Origin: a virus
Taxonomy: Duplodnaviria; Caudoviricetes
Virus record (IMG/VR): IMGVR_UViG_3300051213_000576
Location: 1-32,513 of that record
Reading direction: 5' to 3' (one strand)
DNA: 32,513 nucleotides
Shown here: positions 6,551 through 14,940 of the stretch, piece by piece
How the letters are laid out: every line of letters begins with the position of its first letter
Position numbering within the stretch: the first letter of the stretch is position 1
Made by a program: the position numbers and the translations under genes
Notes under the pieces: generated by a model
Told to the model about the DNA's origin: nothing
The model's input: the letters and a program-made list of their open reading frames with translations, nothing else
Database searches by the model: none

Positions 6551-8260
6551 TCAGGCGTTTTTCAAAATGTGCCACGCGATGTGGCAGAGTTTGAGCGCAT
6601 CCATAAAGTGATCATCTCGGACATCCTTCCAGACATAGACTTGGCCGCTCGGCGTCTTGCGCGGGACGAGCTTTTGCCCGCTCAGTCCGGCGACGAACTC
6701 GGAGCTGACTTTCTTCGGGATCTTGAGCTCGGGCTTTTGATCCTTGATGCGGTCGATGAAGAGCTCGGTTTTTATGGCGTGGTCCACATAGGTGTAGAGC
6801 ACCACGCCCGGAAAGTTGTCGATCGTGGTGCGGCTGATCCGCGTGCCGAAGGTGACATTCGCGCCCTTTGCTGGGAAATAGAATCCGCCAGACTCTTGGC
6901 AGGTGGCATAGACGCGGAAGGTCGCAAAGCCGGAGTCGATCAGACCGCACTCGGGTTTCACGATACTGCCGTTCGGTGTAGCATAGGACCGCAGTGGCGG
7001 ATCGCGGAGAAGATCCTCGACGGCGAGCGTGGTGCCGTAGTCCAAGACATAGCTTGATCCATCGGCAGCGAAGGCGGTAGTGACCCAGTGCTGCTTCTCC
7101 TGGCCGACATCGGCGCAGGTGACGACATGCGCGGGTTCATCGATCGGGCAGGTGCCGACTTCGTAGGTGCCGGAAAGGCCGAGGATCTTGGCGTCGCCGA
7201 TGCTGGTCTCGACCTGCTCCCACGGCAGGGCCATGGTCGAGTTGGTGAAATCTTGCAGGCCGTTGAGGGTTTCCGAATCGCGCAGGAACTTCACCGCCAG
7301 CGCGCCGAAGGTGCAGGACCGCCATGGGGCGTAGAGTGAATTGAGGTGGAATGAGCGGAAGCCTTTTTGCGCGGACTCATTGGTGCATTGCCATTTCCCC
7401 TGCTGGAGCATTTCCATCTTTTGCCCGTCATTGATCGAGCCTTTGCAGTGTTGGCATTCGTATCGCGCGGATTCTTCGACCTGCGCCATGTTCCATTTGC
7501 CGTCGACCTTGGATTCGCGGTCCCACTTCACCTGCTCCCACAAAAGCTCGATGCGTTCCGCGCAATGCGGGCATGGCAGCATGAATTTTTCCTGCGTGCC
7601 TTTGAGGTACTCTTTCCAGATCGGTCCCTCGGGCGTGGTCGGTGTGGAGGTCTTGACGCGGAGGGCGCCGACGAAACTCTTCGTTCGGTTTTCGGCAAGG
7701 TGCAGGGCGCTGGTTTCCTTGTCGGTCTCAGTGGCGAACTTGTCGACCTCGTCGAGTAGGAGAAGACCGGCGGGGCGGCTGGCGAGGTTGGCCGGTGAGT
7801 TGGACCCGACGAAGACAAGCGAGGATCGGCTGAAGTGTTGCTCGAGGGTTTTGAACTTGTGGCGATCGGCAGGCTTTTGAGCCGAGAGCGTGACGCTGTC
7901 ATCGAACAGCGGCATCCATCGCGTTTCGGAAAATGATCGGGCGAGGCCTTCTGTCGGCATGACCCACACCATCGGCTGCGGCTTGTTGCAGATCCGCCAT
8001 GCGGTCCCGGCTTGGATCATCGTCGTCTTTCCGGTTTGCGTTCCAAAGACCAGCACGACATCCGTGACATCGATGTCGCCGAAGCATTCGAGCGGCTCTC
8101 GCAGGTAGGGCGTCATCGAGACGGAAAATGCGCCAGGCATTTGGGTCTGACGCTCGGAGAGGATCACCTCATCACTGCACCACTGAACGACCGACCGGCG
8201 ATCGATCGGCGCGTAAATCGAACGGATGTGCTCGCGCAGGGCTTCGGCGGCTGGGGTCAT
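6551..8260 (-). CDS. terL: Terminase large subunit, GpA family
   Basis: TPYLREP, Walker A GTQTGKT, Walker B LLLLDEVD, STPT, CPHC...CQHC zinc motif, nuclease IDSG/DHFMD. Start MTPAAE at 8260 overlaps the methylase stop (ATGA). Confidence 0.95.
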   Translation of the reverse strand: MTPAAEALREHIRSIYAPIDRRSVVQWCSDEVILSERQTQMPGAFSVSMTPYLREPLECFGDIDVTDVVLVFGTQTGKTTMIQAGTAWRICNKPQPMVWVMPTEGLARSFSETRWMPLFDDSVTLSAQKPADRHKFKTLEQHFSRSSLVFVGSNSPANLASRPAGLLLLDEVDKFATETDKETSALHLAENRTKSFVGALRVKTSTPTTPEGPIWKEYLKGTQEKFMLPCPHCAERIELLWEQVKWDRESKVDGKWNMAQVEESARYECQHCKGSINDGQKMEMLQQGKWQCTNESAQKGFRSFHLNSLYAPWRSCTFGALAVKFLRDSETLNGLQDFTNSTMALPWEQVETSIGDAKILGLSGTYEVGTCPIDEPAHVVTCADVGQEKQHWVTTAFAADGSSYVLDYGTTLAVEDLLRDPPLRSYATPNGSIVKPECGLIDSGFATFRVYATCQESGGFYFPAKGANVTFGTRISRTTIDNFPGVVLYTYVDHAIKTELFIDRIKDQKPELKIPKKVSSEFVAGLSGQKLVPRKTPSGQVYVWKDVRDDHFMDALKLCHIAWHILKNA

Positions 8261-9729
8261 GCGAGGCGCTTGGGTTCTTTGCCGGTGGCGTCTGCCCATC
8301 GCTGGATCGCCACGGCGACATAGGCGGGGCTGATCTCGATAGCGCGGCATTTGCGGCCTGTATTTTCTGCACCCATTAAGGTCGAGCCACTGCCTCCGAA
8401 AGGCTCCACGCATATTCCGCCCTTGGGCAGACTTGAAAGCATTACGCGCTTCATCATCTCGACGGGTTTCGGCGTGGCGTGCCCGTGGCGTTCTTCTCCA
8501 GTGACTCGCTGGAAACGCCAGGCATCCGTCATGTTGTCGTGTGTGTTGTCGAAGTGTGCGCGTGTTGAATAAAACTCCCGCTTGAGTTCTTCGTGCTCCC
8601 GCTTGAAGGCGTCACCTTTTCCAAAGGATTGGAGTTTTTTGTAAGCCTCTTCAGTAGGAAGGCACCATTGAGATTTCGTGAAATAGTGACCTCCCATTTG
8701 ATTCCCTAGAGCCGCCTTCCAATTTTTTGAGCCTCCACATTTTTCCATTTCATTAGCAAGGTATGCGCGTATCGGCTCCCACCCTTCCCAGTAGTTGTCC
8801 GCGTTGTTATTAAATCCCTGCTCGCCAAGCATAAAGAAAAGGCACCGCTCGGATACGGTTGGAAACATTCGATGATCGGCTGAGCCTATGCCTTGCCCGT
8901 GGCCTTTATCCCACACGATCTCGTTGCGCATCGTTAGGCGCTCGCTGTTTTTTAGCCCTCCGCAATACCACAGCCGCCAGAGGTCTTCAGCGTTCCCCCA
9001 GATGTAGGCGCTTGCGTTATTTTCGGCGTGTGGCCGAAAGGCTCGCCACCATGCCATTTGAAAGGCGTCTAATTCTTCGCGGTAGAGGTTGTCATTTTGC
9101 ACCCCGTCTTTTTCTTTTCCCATTCCATACGGCGGGTCTGCGTGAATGAGTTGCGCCTTCTCTCCGCGCATGAGTTTCGCCACATGCTCGGGGATCGTGC
9201 TATCCCCGCACAGCAACCGATGGTCGCCAAGCTCCCAAAGTTGCCCAGTCTCGACGCCCCACTTTTCGCGGAGTTCGTCGGCTTTGTCGATCTGGGGTTC
9301 TGCGTCGGCGTCTGAGGTTTCGGCCTCGTCTTCCATTTCCATCTCGGCAATGTCTTCAGCGCCGAACCCGATCGCATCGAGGTCAACATCCAGATCGCCA
9401 AGCTCCGCCAGCTCGAGCTTCAGCATTTCCTCGTCCCATCCGCCGCCGATTTCAGCGAGGCGGTTGTCGGCGAGGATGTAGGCGCGGCGCTGGGTGTCGC
9501 TTAAGTGACCGAGGCGGATGCAAGGGACCGACTCGAGGGCGAGCGATTGGGCCGCCATCACGCGGCCATGACCGGCGATGATGCCGTTGTCCTTGTCGAT
9601 CAAGACGGGGTTGTTGAATCCGAACTCGCGGATTGAACCGGCGAGCTTGGAAACCTGCGCGGCGTCGTGCTTCTTAGCATTCCGCGCGTAGGGGATGAGG
9701 TCGGATGTTTTGAGGTGTTCGATTTTCAT
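8257..9729 (-). CDS. ParB-N domain / N4-N6 DNA methyltransferase fusion (beta-class motif order)
   Basis: PYARNAKKH...FGFNNPVLID...IAGHGR...ADNRL (ParB); DPPY precedes HATPKPV and PFGGSGST. Confidence 0.92.
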   Translation of the reverse strand: MKIEHLKTSDLIPYARNAKKHDAAQVSKLAGSIREFGFNNPVLIDKDNGIIAGHGRVMAAQSLALESVPCIRLGHLSDTQRRAYILADNRLAEIGGGWDEEMLKLELAELGDLDVDLDAIGFGAEDIAEMEMEDEAETSDADAEPQIDKADELREKWGVETGQLWELGDHRLLCGDSTIPEHVAKLMRGEKAQLIHADPPYGMGKEKDGVQNDNLYREELDAFQMAWWRAFRPHAENNASAYIWGNAEDLWRLWYCGGLKNSERLTMRNEIVWDKGHGQGIGSADHRMFPTVSERCLFFMLGEQGFNNNADNYWEGWEPIRAYLANEMEKCGGSKNWKAALGNQMGGHYFTKSQWCLPTEEAYKKLQSFGKGDAFKREHEELKREFYSTRAHFDNTHDNMTDAWRFQRVTGEERHGHATPKPVEMMKRVMLSSLPKGGICVEPFGGSGSTLMGAENTGRKCRAIEISPAYVAVAIQRWADATGKEPKRLA

Positions 9730-10334
9730 ATGCTTTGCCTGATGAGCGTGGTGAGATTGTCGATCCATTCAGCGAGCGCGTTTTCAATCGCTTTCTGGGG
9801 TTGGCCGTAGAGCCGAGGGGCGAGCGTCTTGGCTGCGATTTCGAGGGTTTGCTTCACCGCCACATGCGGACGACCGGCGATCTCCTTCGCCTCGTCGAAG
9901 TAGAGCAGAATCCCCTCCGCGCGTTGCCATTCCTTGAAGTCGCGCTCGGCTTTGTGGCGGTTGTTTCTGGCCGCGATGTAAATCGAGTTCGCCTTGCGGA
10001 TGTCCTCGATCGATCCGCCGTTCCGTTTGCAGAGGACCAGCTCGTTGTAGCCGACCTTTTCCGCCAACCTCGCCCGCCGAAGCGACTGGCGCGGGGTGTT
10101 GTCATCGTCGTCAGGCTCGGGTGCGTCATGCGCTGGGGCTGTGACCGGCTGGGGCTTGGCGACCGGCGGCGGGGCGTCCATCACCTTTTTGTTCTTCCGG
10201 GGCTTTGGCTTCGCATTCACCTCACGCCACGCCTGCGCCGCGTCCACCGAAGTGGTCGGCATCCCCTTCTTTACGAGCCGCGAAACGAGACCTTTGTCGA
10301 TCTCGAGGGCTTTGCTCAGTTCCGTAATCCCCAT
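9726..10334 (-). CDS. terS: Terminase small subunit (Nu1-like)
   Basis: N-terminal wHTH (ITELSKALEIDKGLVSRLVKKGMP) plus helical C-terminus; first gene of the packaging module. Confidence 0.75.
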   Translation of the reverse strand: MGITELSKALEIDKGLVSRLVKKGMPTTSVDAAQAWREVNAKPKPRKNKKVMDAPPPVAKPQPVTAPAHDAPEPDDDDNTPRQSLRRARLAEKVGYNELVLCKRNGGSIEDIRKANSIYIAARNNRHKAERDFKEWQRAEGILLYFDEAKEIAGRPHVAVKQTLEIAAKTLAPRLYGQPQKAIENALAEWIDNLTTLIRQSI

Positions 10335-10448
10335 GGCGAAGTCAACAAAGGCTCAAAAGTCAACACACAGACAACTGACGGGAGTGGCCCAACACCAAAT
10401 GAGCGCTCGCGCGTAGGAGACTCCCTAAATTTTTCCGGTCGATCGTTT

Positions 10449-10883
10449 TCATTTCCCGAGAAGTTCGCGGATGCGTTTCGCCTGCTGCTCCATCGGCTCG
10501 AGAAGATCCAACGCTCGTTTGAGTCTGTCGTCATCCCATCGCTCAATCTGTTCTGACATCTTGCGCTGCCAAATAACAAACTTCTGGCTCAGCCCCTCGA
10601 TGGTGACAATCCCTGATGTTTTGTCTTCGGGGTTGAGCGGTCCGGGTTCTGGCTGCGTTAGATCAAGAAATCCAAGGCCAAGCTCGAGCTGCACTTCGGT
10701 CTCTGCCACATAGTCGACGCCCCAGCGATCGGAGGCGAACGAGCGGGATTGGCTCAACCACTTGGCTGCGGACTTCTTACAGATGAGTAAGTTGCGGTGG
10801 ATTTCCGCCCACTGCTCTTGGGTGGTGTCATCTGGAATGCTGATCTGTTTAATCTTCAGAAGGTCAGTGTCGATGATGTTCAT
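10449..10883 (-). CDS. Hypothetical protein
   Basis: 144 aa ORF in operon orientation. Confidence 0.8.
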   Translation of the reverse strand: MNIIDTDLLKIKQISIPDDTTQEQWAEIHRNLLICKKSAAKWLSQSRSFASDRWGVDYVAETEVQLELGLGFLDLTQPEPGPLNPEDKTSGIVTIEGLSQKFVIWQRKMSEQIERWDDDRLKRALDLLEPMEQQAKRIRELLGK

Positions 10884-10892
10884 GTCTGTGTA

Positions 10893-11384
10893 TTATTTCT
10901 GTTTGCGCAGTTTAGCGCGGATTTCCTTTATCACTTTTTCCTTTGCTATTGTGTGCTTGTCGGTGGCTTTTGCTTTGTAGGTCTCACGGGTTGAGTTGGC
11001 TTTGCGGTACTTGGTGTAATCGAAATTGTTTATCTCATCACTCAGCATGTCGCGGAAGGCTATGACATAGTGACTGATAAGAGCGCGCGTACATCCGATT
11101 TCGCGCGCGACTTCTGCCTGTGATCTTTTTCCGTTAAGTTGGTCTAGGCCTGTTGCAAAAGCCAACGCATGCACACATGCCTTCATGTTTTTTGAATCCA
11201 GCAAGATGCCTATGAGTTTGGCCGAGAGAAGCGATTGGTTCCTGATGACCGCATCCTCCCGCATGCGGATGATCTTGCGGGCTGTGAATAGGCTGACACC
11301 GAGGTCATCCGCGATGATCTCCTCCTCGGTGTCGATGAGGGCGGCCATGTCGGGCGTATAGCTCGCTTGATTTTCGTGCAGCAT
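10893..11384 (-). CDS. HTH protein, sigma-70 region 4-like; candidate late regulator
   Basis: SQAEVAREIGCTRALISHYV HTH; located between the replication and packaging modules. Confidence 0.65.
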   Translation of the reverse strand: MLHENQASYTPDMAALIDTEEEIIADDLGVSLFTARKIIRMREDAVIRNQSLLSAKLIGILLDSKNMKACVHALAFATGLDQLNGKRSQAEVAREIGCTRALISHYVIAFRDMLSDEINNFDYTKYRKANSTRETYKAKATDKHTIAKEKVIKEIRAKLRKQK

Positions 11385-11438
11385 TCACATCCCATTTGTG
11401 GGGTTCGTTTGTAATCCGCAAAAGATTTCATCCTATTT

Positions 11439-12374
11439 TCACATTTTCTGTTTTTTGATAGGATCGCCAAAAACTTCGGCGAGTTCCTCGCGGCTGATGG
11501 TTGGCCTTGATGACACCGGCATCGGTATCGTGTTCGGCGGTGGGCGTGATGCCTCTTGCTTCCTCCTCCAAGCTGATGCGTGAGTCCACACATCGGATGG
11601 GTTCTCGAGGAACTTTGTCCGGCTTCGCGGTTGCCATGCTGGGACACCATTCGGGATCTTGGCGTAAAGGTAATCCTTCATCGTTTGCCATTGGGCCGCT
11701 GTTAGCTCAGAAAGGCATCGTGACGCCGCTGCGAGAAGTTTTTGCTCCGTGTATGCCAAAGGCAACTCCCAGCCGCTCCTGAGCGATCTGACGCGCTTTT
11801 CAAGATCGAGCATCGATTGGGCGTTTGCGGTGGGCATGTTGTCCTCGTAAAAATCCTCCGCGCTCTCGCTCGCATCCCCTTGGGGGGTAGGGGGGAGAGT
11901 TCCATTCCTTTCCTCTTCCTTTCCTTTCCTTTCCGTTAGGTTTTCGCTTAGGTTTCGCTTAGGTTCCGCTTTGGTTTCCGCTTTGGTTTCCGCTTTGGTT
12001 TTGGGCCTTCCGCCCATTGCGCCATTGGCTTTGACCGCCGCGATTTTCGCTTCACTCCTAGCTTTTCCACCCTTTGATCCGCTCTCCCGGTTGCGTTGTA
12101 CCTCCTCTTCTTTTTCCTTCGGGTATCCGAAAATCACGAGGCTTTCTCCGTCGAATTTCCACAGCTCGCAGTCGTCGTCGATCTCAGCCTTGGTGACGCC
12201 GCAGGTTTGTTGCCAGCGGCGATCCTTCCATGACGCGCACTCTGGAATCGTTCCTCCGTTCTCCTGCTCGGCGCAGTAGACCATCAGGTTGAGCCAGGTG
12301 GCGCGTTGGATCGGATCGCAGCCGACATATTCTGGCCGCCGGATGATGTTAGTTTGCAGGTTCAGCCAGTTCAT
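11439..12374 (-). CDS. Replication initiator (lambda O-like organisation)
   Basis: N-terminal wHTH-like region, NG..GGRPK motif, internal DNA repeats, KGKEEE...PPTP linker. Confidence 0.75.
   Translation of the reverse strand: MNWLNLQTNIIRRPEYVGCDPIQRATWLNLMVYCAEQENGGTIPECASWKDRRWQQTCGVTKAEIDDDCELWKFDGESLVIFGYPKEKEEEVQRNRESGSKGGKARSEAKIAAVKANGAMGGRPKTKAETKAETKAEPKRNLSENLTERKGKEEERNGTLPPTPQGDASESAEDFYEDNMPTANAQSMLDLEKRVRSLRSGWELPLAYTEQKLLAAASRCLSELTAAQWQTMKDYLYAKIPNGVPAWQPRSRTKFLENPSDVWTHASAWRRKQEASRPPPNTIPMPVSSRPTISREELAEVFGDPIKKQKM
11937..12002. repeat. Iteron-like tandem repeats (putative replication origin)
   Basis: Five to six 11-12 bp units: taggttttcgct, taggtttcgct, taggttccgct, ttggtttccgct x2. 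Confidence 0.7.
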
Positions 12375-12380
12375 TTTGGA

Positions 12381-12683
12381 TCAGAATGGGATGTCGTCTT
12401 CCTCGTCGAGTGAACCACCGGCTTGGCCTTGGTATGGCATCGGTGCGCGCTCTTGCCTTTGCGGGGCGGCTGGGCGTTGCTGATAGCCGTCTTGCTGCTT
12501 CGGCTCGTAGAAAGCGATCCAGCCAGTCCAATCGGGGTTAGTAGGAAGGGCATCGAGCTTGAGCGCCATGCGCCCGTCGTTGCCTTCCATCACCGCTCCG
12601 ACGGTGAGGTATCGCTTTTTCTTTTCGCCTTGTTTGTTGGTGTACTCGCCGATGGTGGCGACTGCGTCGTATCGTTTGGTCAT
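12381..12683 (-). CDS. Single-stranded DNA-binding protein-like
   Basis: 100 aa from MTKRYDAV; Q/P linker and acidic DEEDDIPF tail. Confidence 0.75.
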   Translation of the reverse strand: MTKRYDAVATIGEYTNKQGEKKKRYLTVGAVMEGNDGRMALKLDALPTNPDWTGWIAFYEPKQQDGYQQRPAAPQRQERAPMPYQGQAGGSLDEEDDIPF

Positions 12684-12711
12684 TTTGTTGTGGGGTTGGG
12701 TGAGTGTTGAA

Positions 12712-12879
12712 TGGTGAATGGCGGGACGATGTGGCCACATCTTTTCGGCGTCCGGGTTTCCAAGGTTGCGGGGTGGCTTCGTGCTTCTCCACCATCCCCT
12801 CCCGACCTCGATGTGCTGGCGGCTGGTATTTACCTGCCCTGACCAGTCATCCGTGTCTCGACGCCGCCGCCATTCACCA
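12712..12879 (-). ncRNA. Putative structured non-coding RNA / cis element
   Basis: Perfect 13 bp terminal inverted repeat enclosing several nested stems in an otherwise gene-dense genome; strand assumed from the operon. Confidence 0.5.
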
Positions 12880-12886
12880 AAGGTTT

Positions 12887-13075
12887 TCAGTGCAGGGTCG
12901 GGACATCATCATCGAAGTCGAAGTACTCGCTAATCTCCTGCATGATCGCATTGTGAACAGCGCCTTGGATCTCGATTTGATCGGGGTCTTCGTCGTGCTT
13001 GTGGGCGCGGTGCCATCCGTATTTGATGCCGTTCTCGACGGCCTCGCTGAGGACTCGGTATGTTTTCGGTTTCAT
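12887..13075 (-). CDS. Hypothetical protein
   Basis: 62 aa, tightly packed in the operon. Confidence 0.75.
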   Translation of the reverse strand: MKPKTYRVLSEAVENGIKYGWHRAHKHDEDPDQIEIQGAVHNAIMQEISEYFDFDDDVPTLH

Positions 13076-13079
13076 GTGT

Positions 13080-13499
13080 TTAGGGTGTTGGTATGGGTGA
13101 GATGAAAATCTTGATACCGGGCTGATCGCCCCAGTGTTTTGTCACTCTGAGGTCCGCGACCTGTCCGTCGTCTCCGTAAAATTTCGCCTTGGTGAGAACA
13201 TCACCGACGAGCTTGACGAGGTTGTCAGCATCGGGGCGTTTATCGTTTGGGATCTTGCCCCATTCCTTCCGGCGTTTGCCTTCGGTCTTGCGCCAGGGGA
13301 ATGTGAAATCCACTTGCAGCAGGATCGGGCCGTCCAGCGGTTCGGTCGGGGCTTTGGGCTTGATGAGTTCCATCAATGAGCGTTCCGCGGCTGCGTGTTC
13401 CTTCTTCGGGAAGAACCGCGGTTTCCCTCCGACCATGACCAATCGCTTGGTCTGGCTTGTCGCCGTGGGTGGGATGATAGGCAGGAAAAATTCGATCAT
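13080..13499 (-). CDS. rusA: RusA-family Holliday junction resolvase
   Basis: KRPDADNLVKLVGDVL...YGDDGQV catalytic Asp motifs. Confidence 0.9.
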   Translation of the reverse strand: MIEFFLPIIPPTATSQTKRLVMVGGKPRFFPKKEHAAAERSLMELIKPKAPTEPLDGPILLQVDFTFPWRKTEGKRRKEWGKIPNDKRPDADNLVKLVGDVLTKAKFYGDDGQVADLRVTKHWGDQPGIKIFISPIPTP

Positions 13500-13591
13500 T
13501 TGCGGATGGTTTTGCGTATCCAGTTCACGGCGGTGAAGTAGGCGATGATGAGGCCGAGGGTGATACTTTTGGGTGTGCGTTTAGGTTTCAT
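13496..13591 (-). CDS. 31 aa small membrane-associated peptide
   Basis: MKPKRTPKSITLGLIIAYFTAVNWIRKTIRK; fills the gap exactly and its stop overlaps the RusA start (ATGA). Confidence 0.6.
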   Translation of the reverse strand: MKPKRTPKSITLGLIIAYFTAVNWIRKTIRK

Positions 13592-13994
13592 CGTTGAGCA
13601 TCTTGAGGTGGGTGATTGATTCTCCGATTTTTTGCAGGTCGAATGACCGGCATGATTGGATGTAGTTCGGGGAGAATTGCCGCCCCTCGTCGGTTTCCTC
13701 GACTATCTCCAGCAGCGTGATGATCGTGTCGGTGTGGCGCCGGTATGCTTCCAACTTGTCTTTGAGTTCACGGCAGACGCTCGAAACCCGGCAAGCGTGA
13801 GTGATGAGATTGTTGCGTTCCTCATAGACGCGAGAAACCGCCTCGTCATAGACCGATGAGTCATTGTCGTGGTCCGCCGACTCAAACGGATTGTCGTCGT
13901 GCGGCCACTTGGCTTTGCGAAACGCCGCTTCGTAGTTGTCGCGGTAGGTATCGCCATTGACCGGGCGCGGGGCGTCTCCTTTGCCTGCGCTCAT
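13581..13994 (-). CDS. Hypothetical accessory protein
   Basis: 137 aa; AAGGAGG upstream and ATGA overlap. Confidence 0.8.
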   Translation of the reverse strand: MSAGKGDAPRPVNGDTYRDNYEAAFRKAKWPHDDNPFESADHDNDSSVYDEAVSRVYEERNNLITHACRVSSVCRELKDKLEAYRRHTDTIITLLEIVEETDEGRQFSPNYIQSCRSFDLQKIGESITHLKMLNDET

Positions 13995-14191
13995 GCTGCA
14001 CCTCCTTTCACTTCATCAATCAATTCAAGGCCGTTTCGATTGTTCACTAAAGCCTCGATCCATTTGGCCGGATCTATGGTTGCCGTGTGTTTCCATTGAC
14101 CCTTGATAAAAGGTTCCATGTCCAGTGACTGCTGCATGGTTAGGCATTTGATCACGCCGTCTTTGGAATAGATGAAAAGAAGCTCACTCAT
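13991..14191 (-). CDS. Hypothetical accessory protein
   Basis: 66 aa; SD and overlap at both ends. Confidence 0.75.
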   Translation of the reverse strand: MSELLFIYSKDGVIKCLTMQQSLDMEPFIKGQWKHTATIDPAKWIEALVNNRNGLELIDEVKGGAA

Positions 14192-14510
14192 CTCTCCCTC
14201 CTTCCCACTTGTTAATAGTTTTGAGGAATGCTTCAGCGCGTTGGACTGCGGATGCCATATACATACTATTGTTTCCCTTAATAGTTATGTCACAAAGCTC
14301 GTTAATATATCGGCAATACAGTGCTTGATCAAATATCTTCTCCGCTTCGTGCATTGCATTGAGGTCGTCGCAGTAGTCTGGAAGACGATTTCCTTGTGGG
14401 TTGAAATAATCCCACTGGCCATCGCAACCGCACGGTGTGATCTTTAGCTCCCAAGCTCCGTGCATCCCACACGCTTCGGCGATTGCTATGTTGATTTGTT
14501 CGTTATTCAT
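14184..14510 (-). CDS. Hypothetical accessory protein (possible phage ABA-sandwich-like domain)
   Basis: INIAIAEACG...PDYCDDLNAMHEAE pattern; AT-richer than the flanks. Confidence 0.7.
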   Translation of the reverse strand: MNNEQINIAIAEACGMHGAWELKITPCGCDGQWDYFNPQGNRLPDYCDDLNAMHEAEKIFDQALYCRYINELCDITIKGNNSMYMASAVQRAEAFLKTINKWEGGRDE

Positions 14511-14940
14511 CGCTCCCTCCTTTCACGGCGGCGATCTTGTCGATCCACGGTTTGAGGTGTTCGTCGATTTGCTCAACGGTGCATTCTGCGAACCTCCCAA
14601 CCATGACATTGATTCGAATCATCGCGATCAACTCGCGAGCGATTGTTGTTATCCTGTCGCGTTGCTGGCGGGCCTTATCGCGCTCCCTCACCATGACGCA
14701 CATCGGTCTTTTGCATTTGTCATGGCAGGTATGGATTCCCGATGCTTTGAGGTTTTCGATTTCGCCTTCCAAGCCTCGTATCACCATCATTGCTGACGAT
14801 AATTGGTCATCCAGATTGCTGCATTTCTCGCGTAGCTCGTAGACTTCCTTCGGCGTCCAATCCACGCCGTCACATCCGCATTCTGATTCGTTCCATGCAG
14901 AGCATGTGCAACCTACGCCGGGTATGTACTCTTCACTCAT
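14503..14940 (-). CDS. Cys-rich coiled-coil accessory protein
   Basis: Start MSEEYIPG at 14940 behind AAGGAGG; CTC...ECGC and HTCHDKC...C clusters. Confidence 0.75.
   Translation of the reverse strand: MSEEYIPGVGCTCSAWNESECGCDGVDWTPKEVYELREKCSNLDDQLSSAMMVIRGLEGEIENLKASGIHTCHDKCKRPMCVMVRERDKARQQRDRITTIARELIAMIRINVMVGRFAECTVEQIDEHLKPWIDKIAAVKGGSDE

Noticed and set aside
6551-8413. Extended N-termini in track ORFs (terL 8413, portal 6240, methylase 9768, 23180, 20024, 15066, 26314)
   Set aside because: They overlap upstream genes extensively; downstream starts coincide with stop/start overlaps or the recurrent motif.
11937-12002. CRISPR-like array
   Set aside because: Units are 11-12 bp, contiguous and without spacers; they fit iterons.
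12712-12879. Retron msr/msd or DGR template
   Set aside because: The terminal inverted repeats are reminiscent, but no reverse transcriptase is encoded and no adenine-variable repeat pair was seen.
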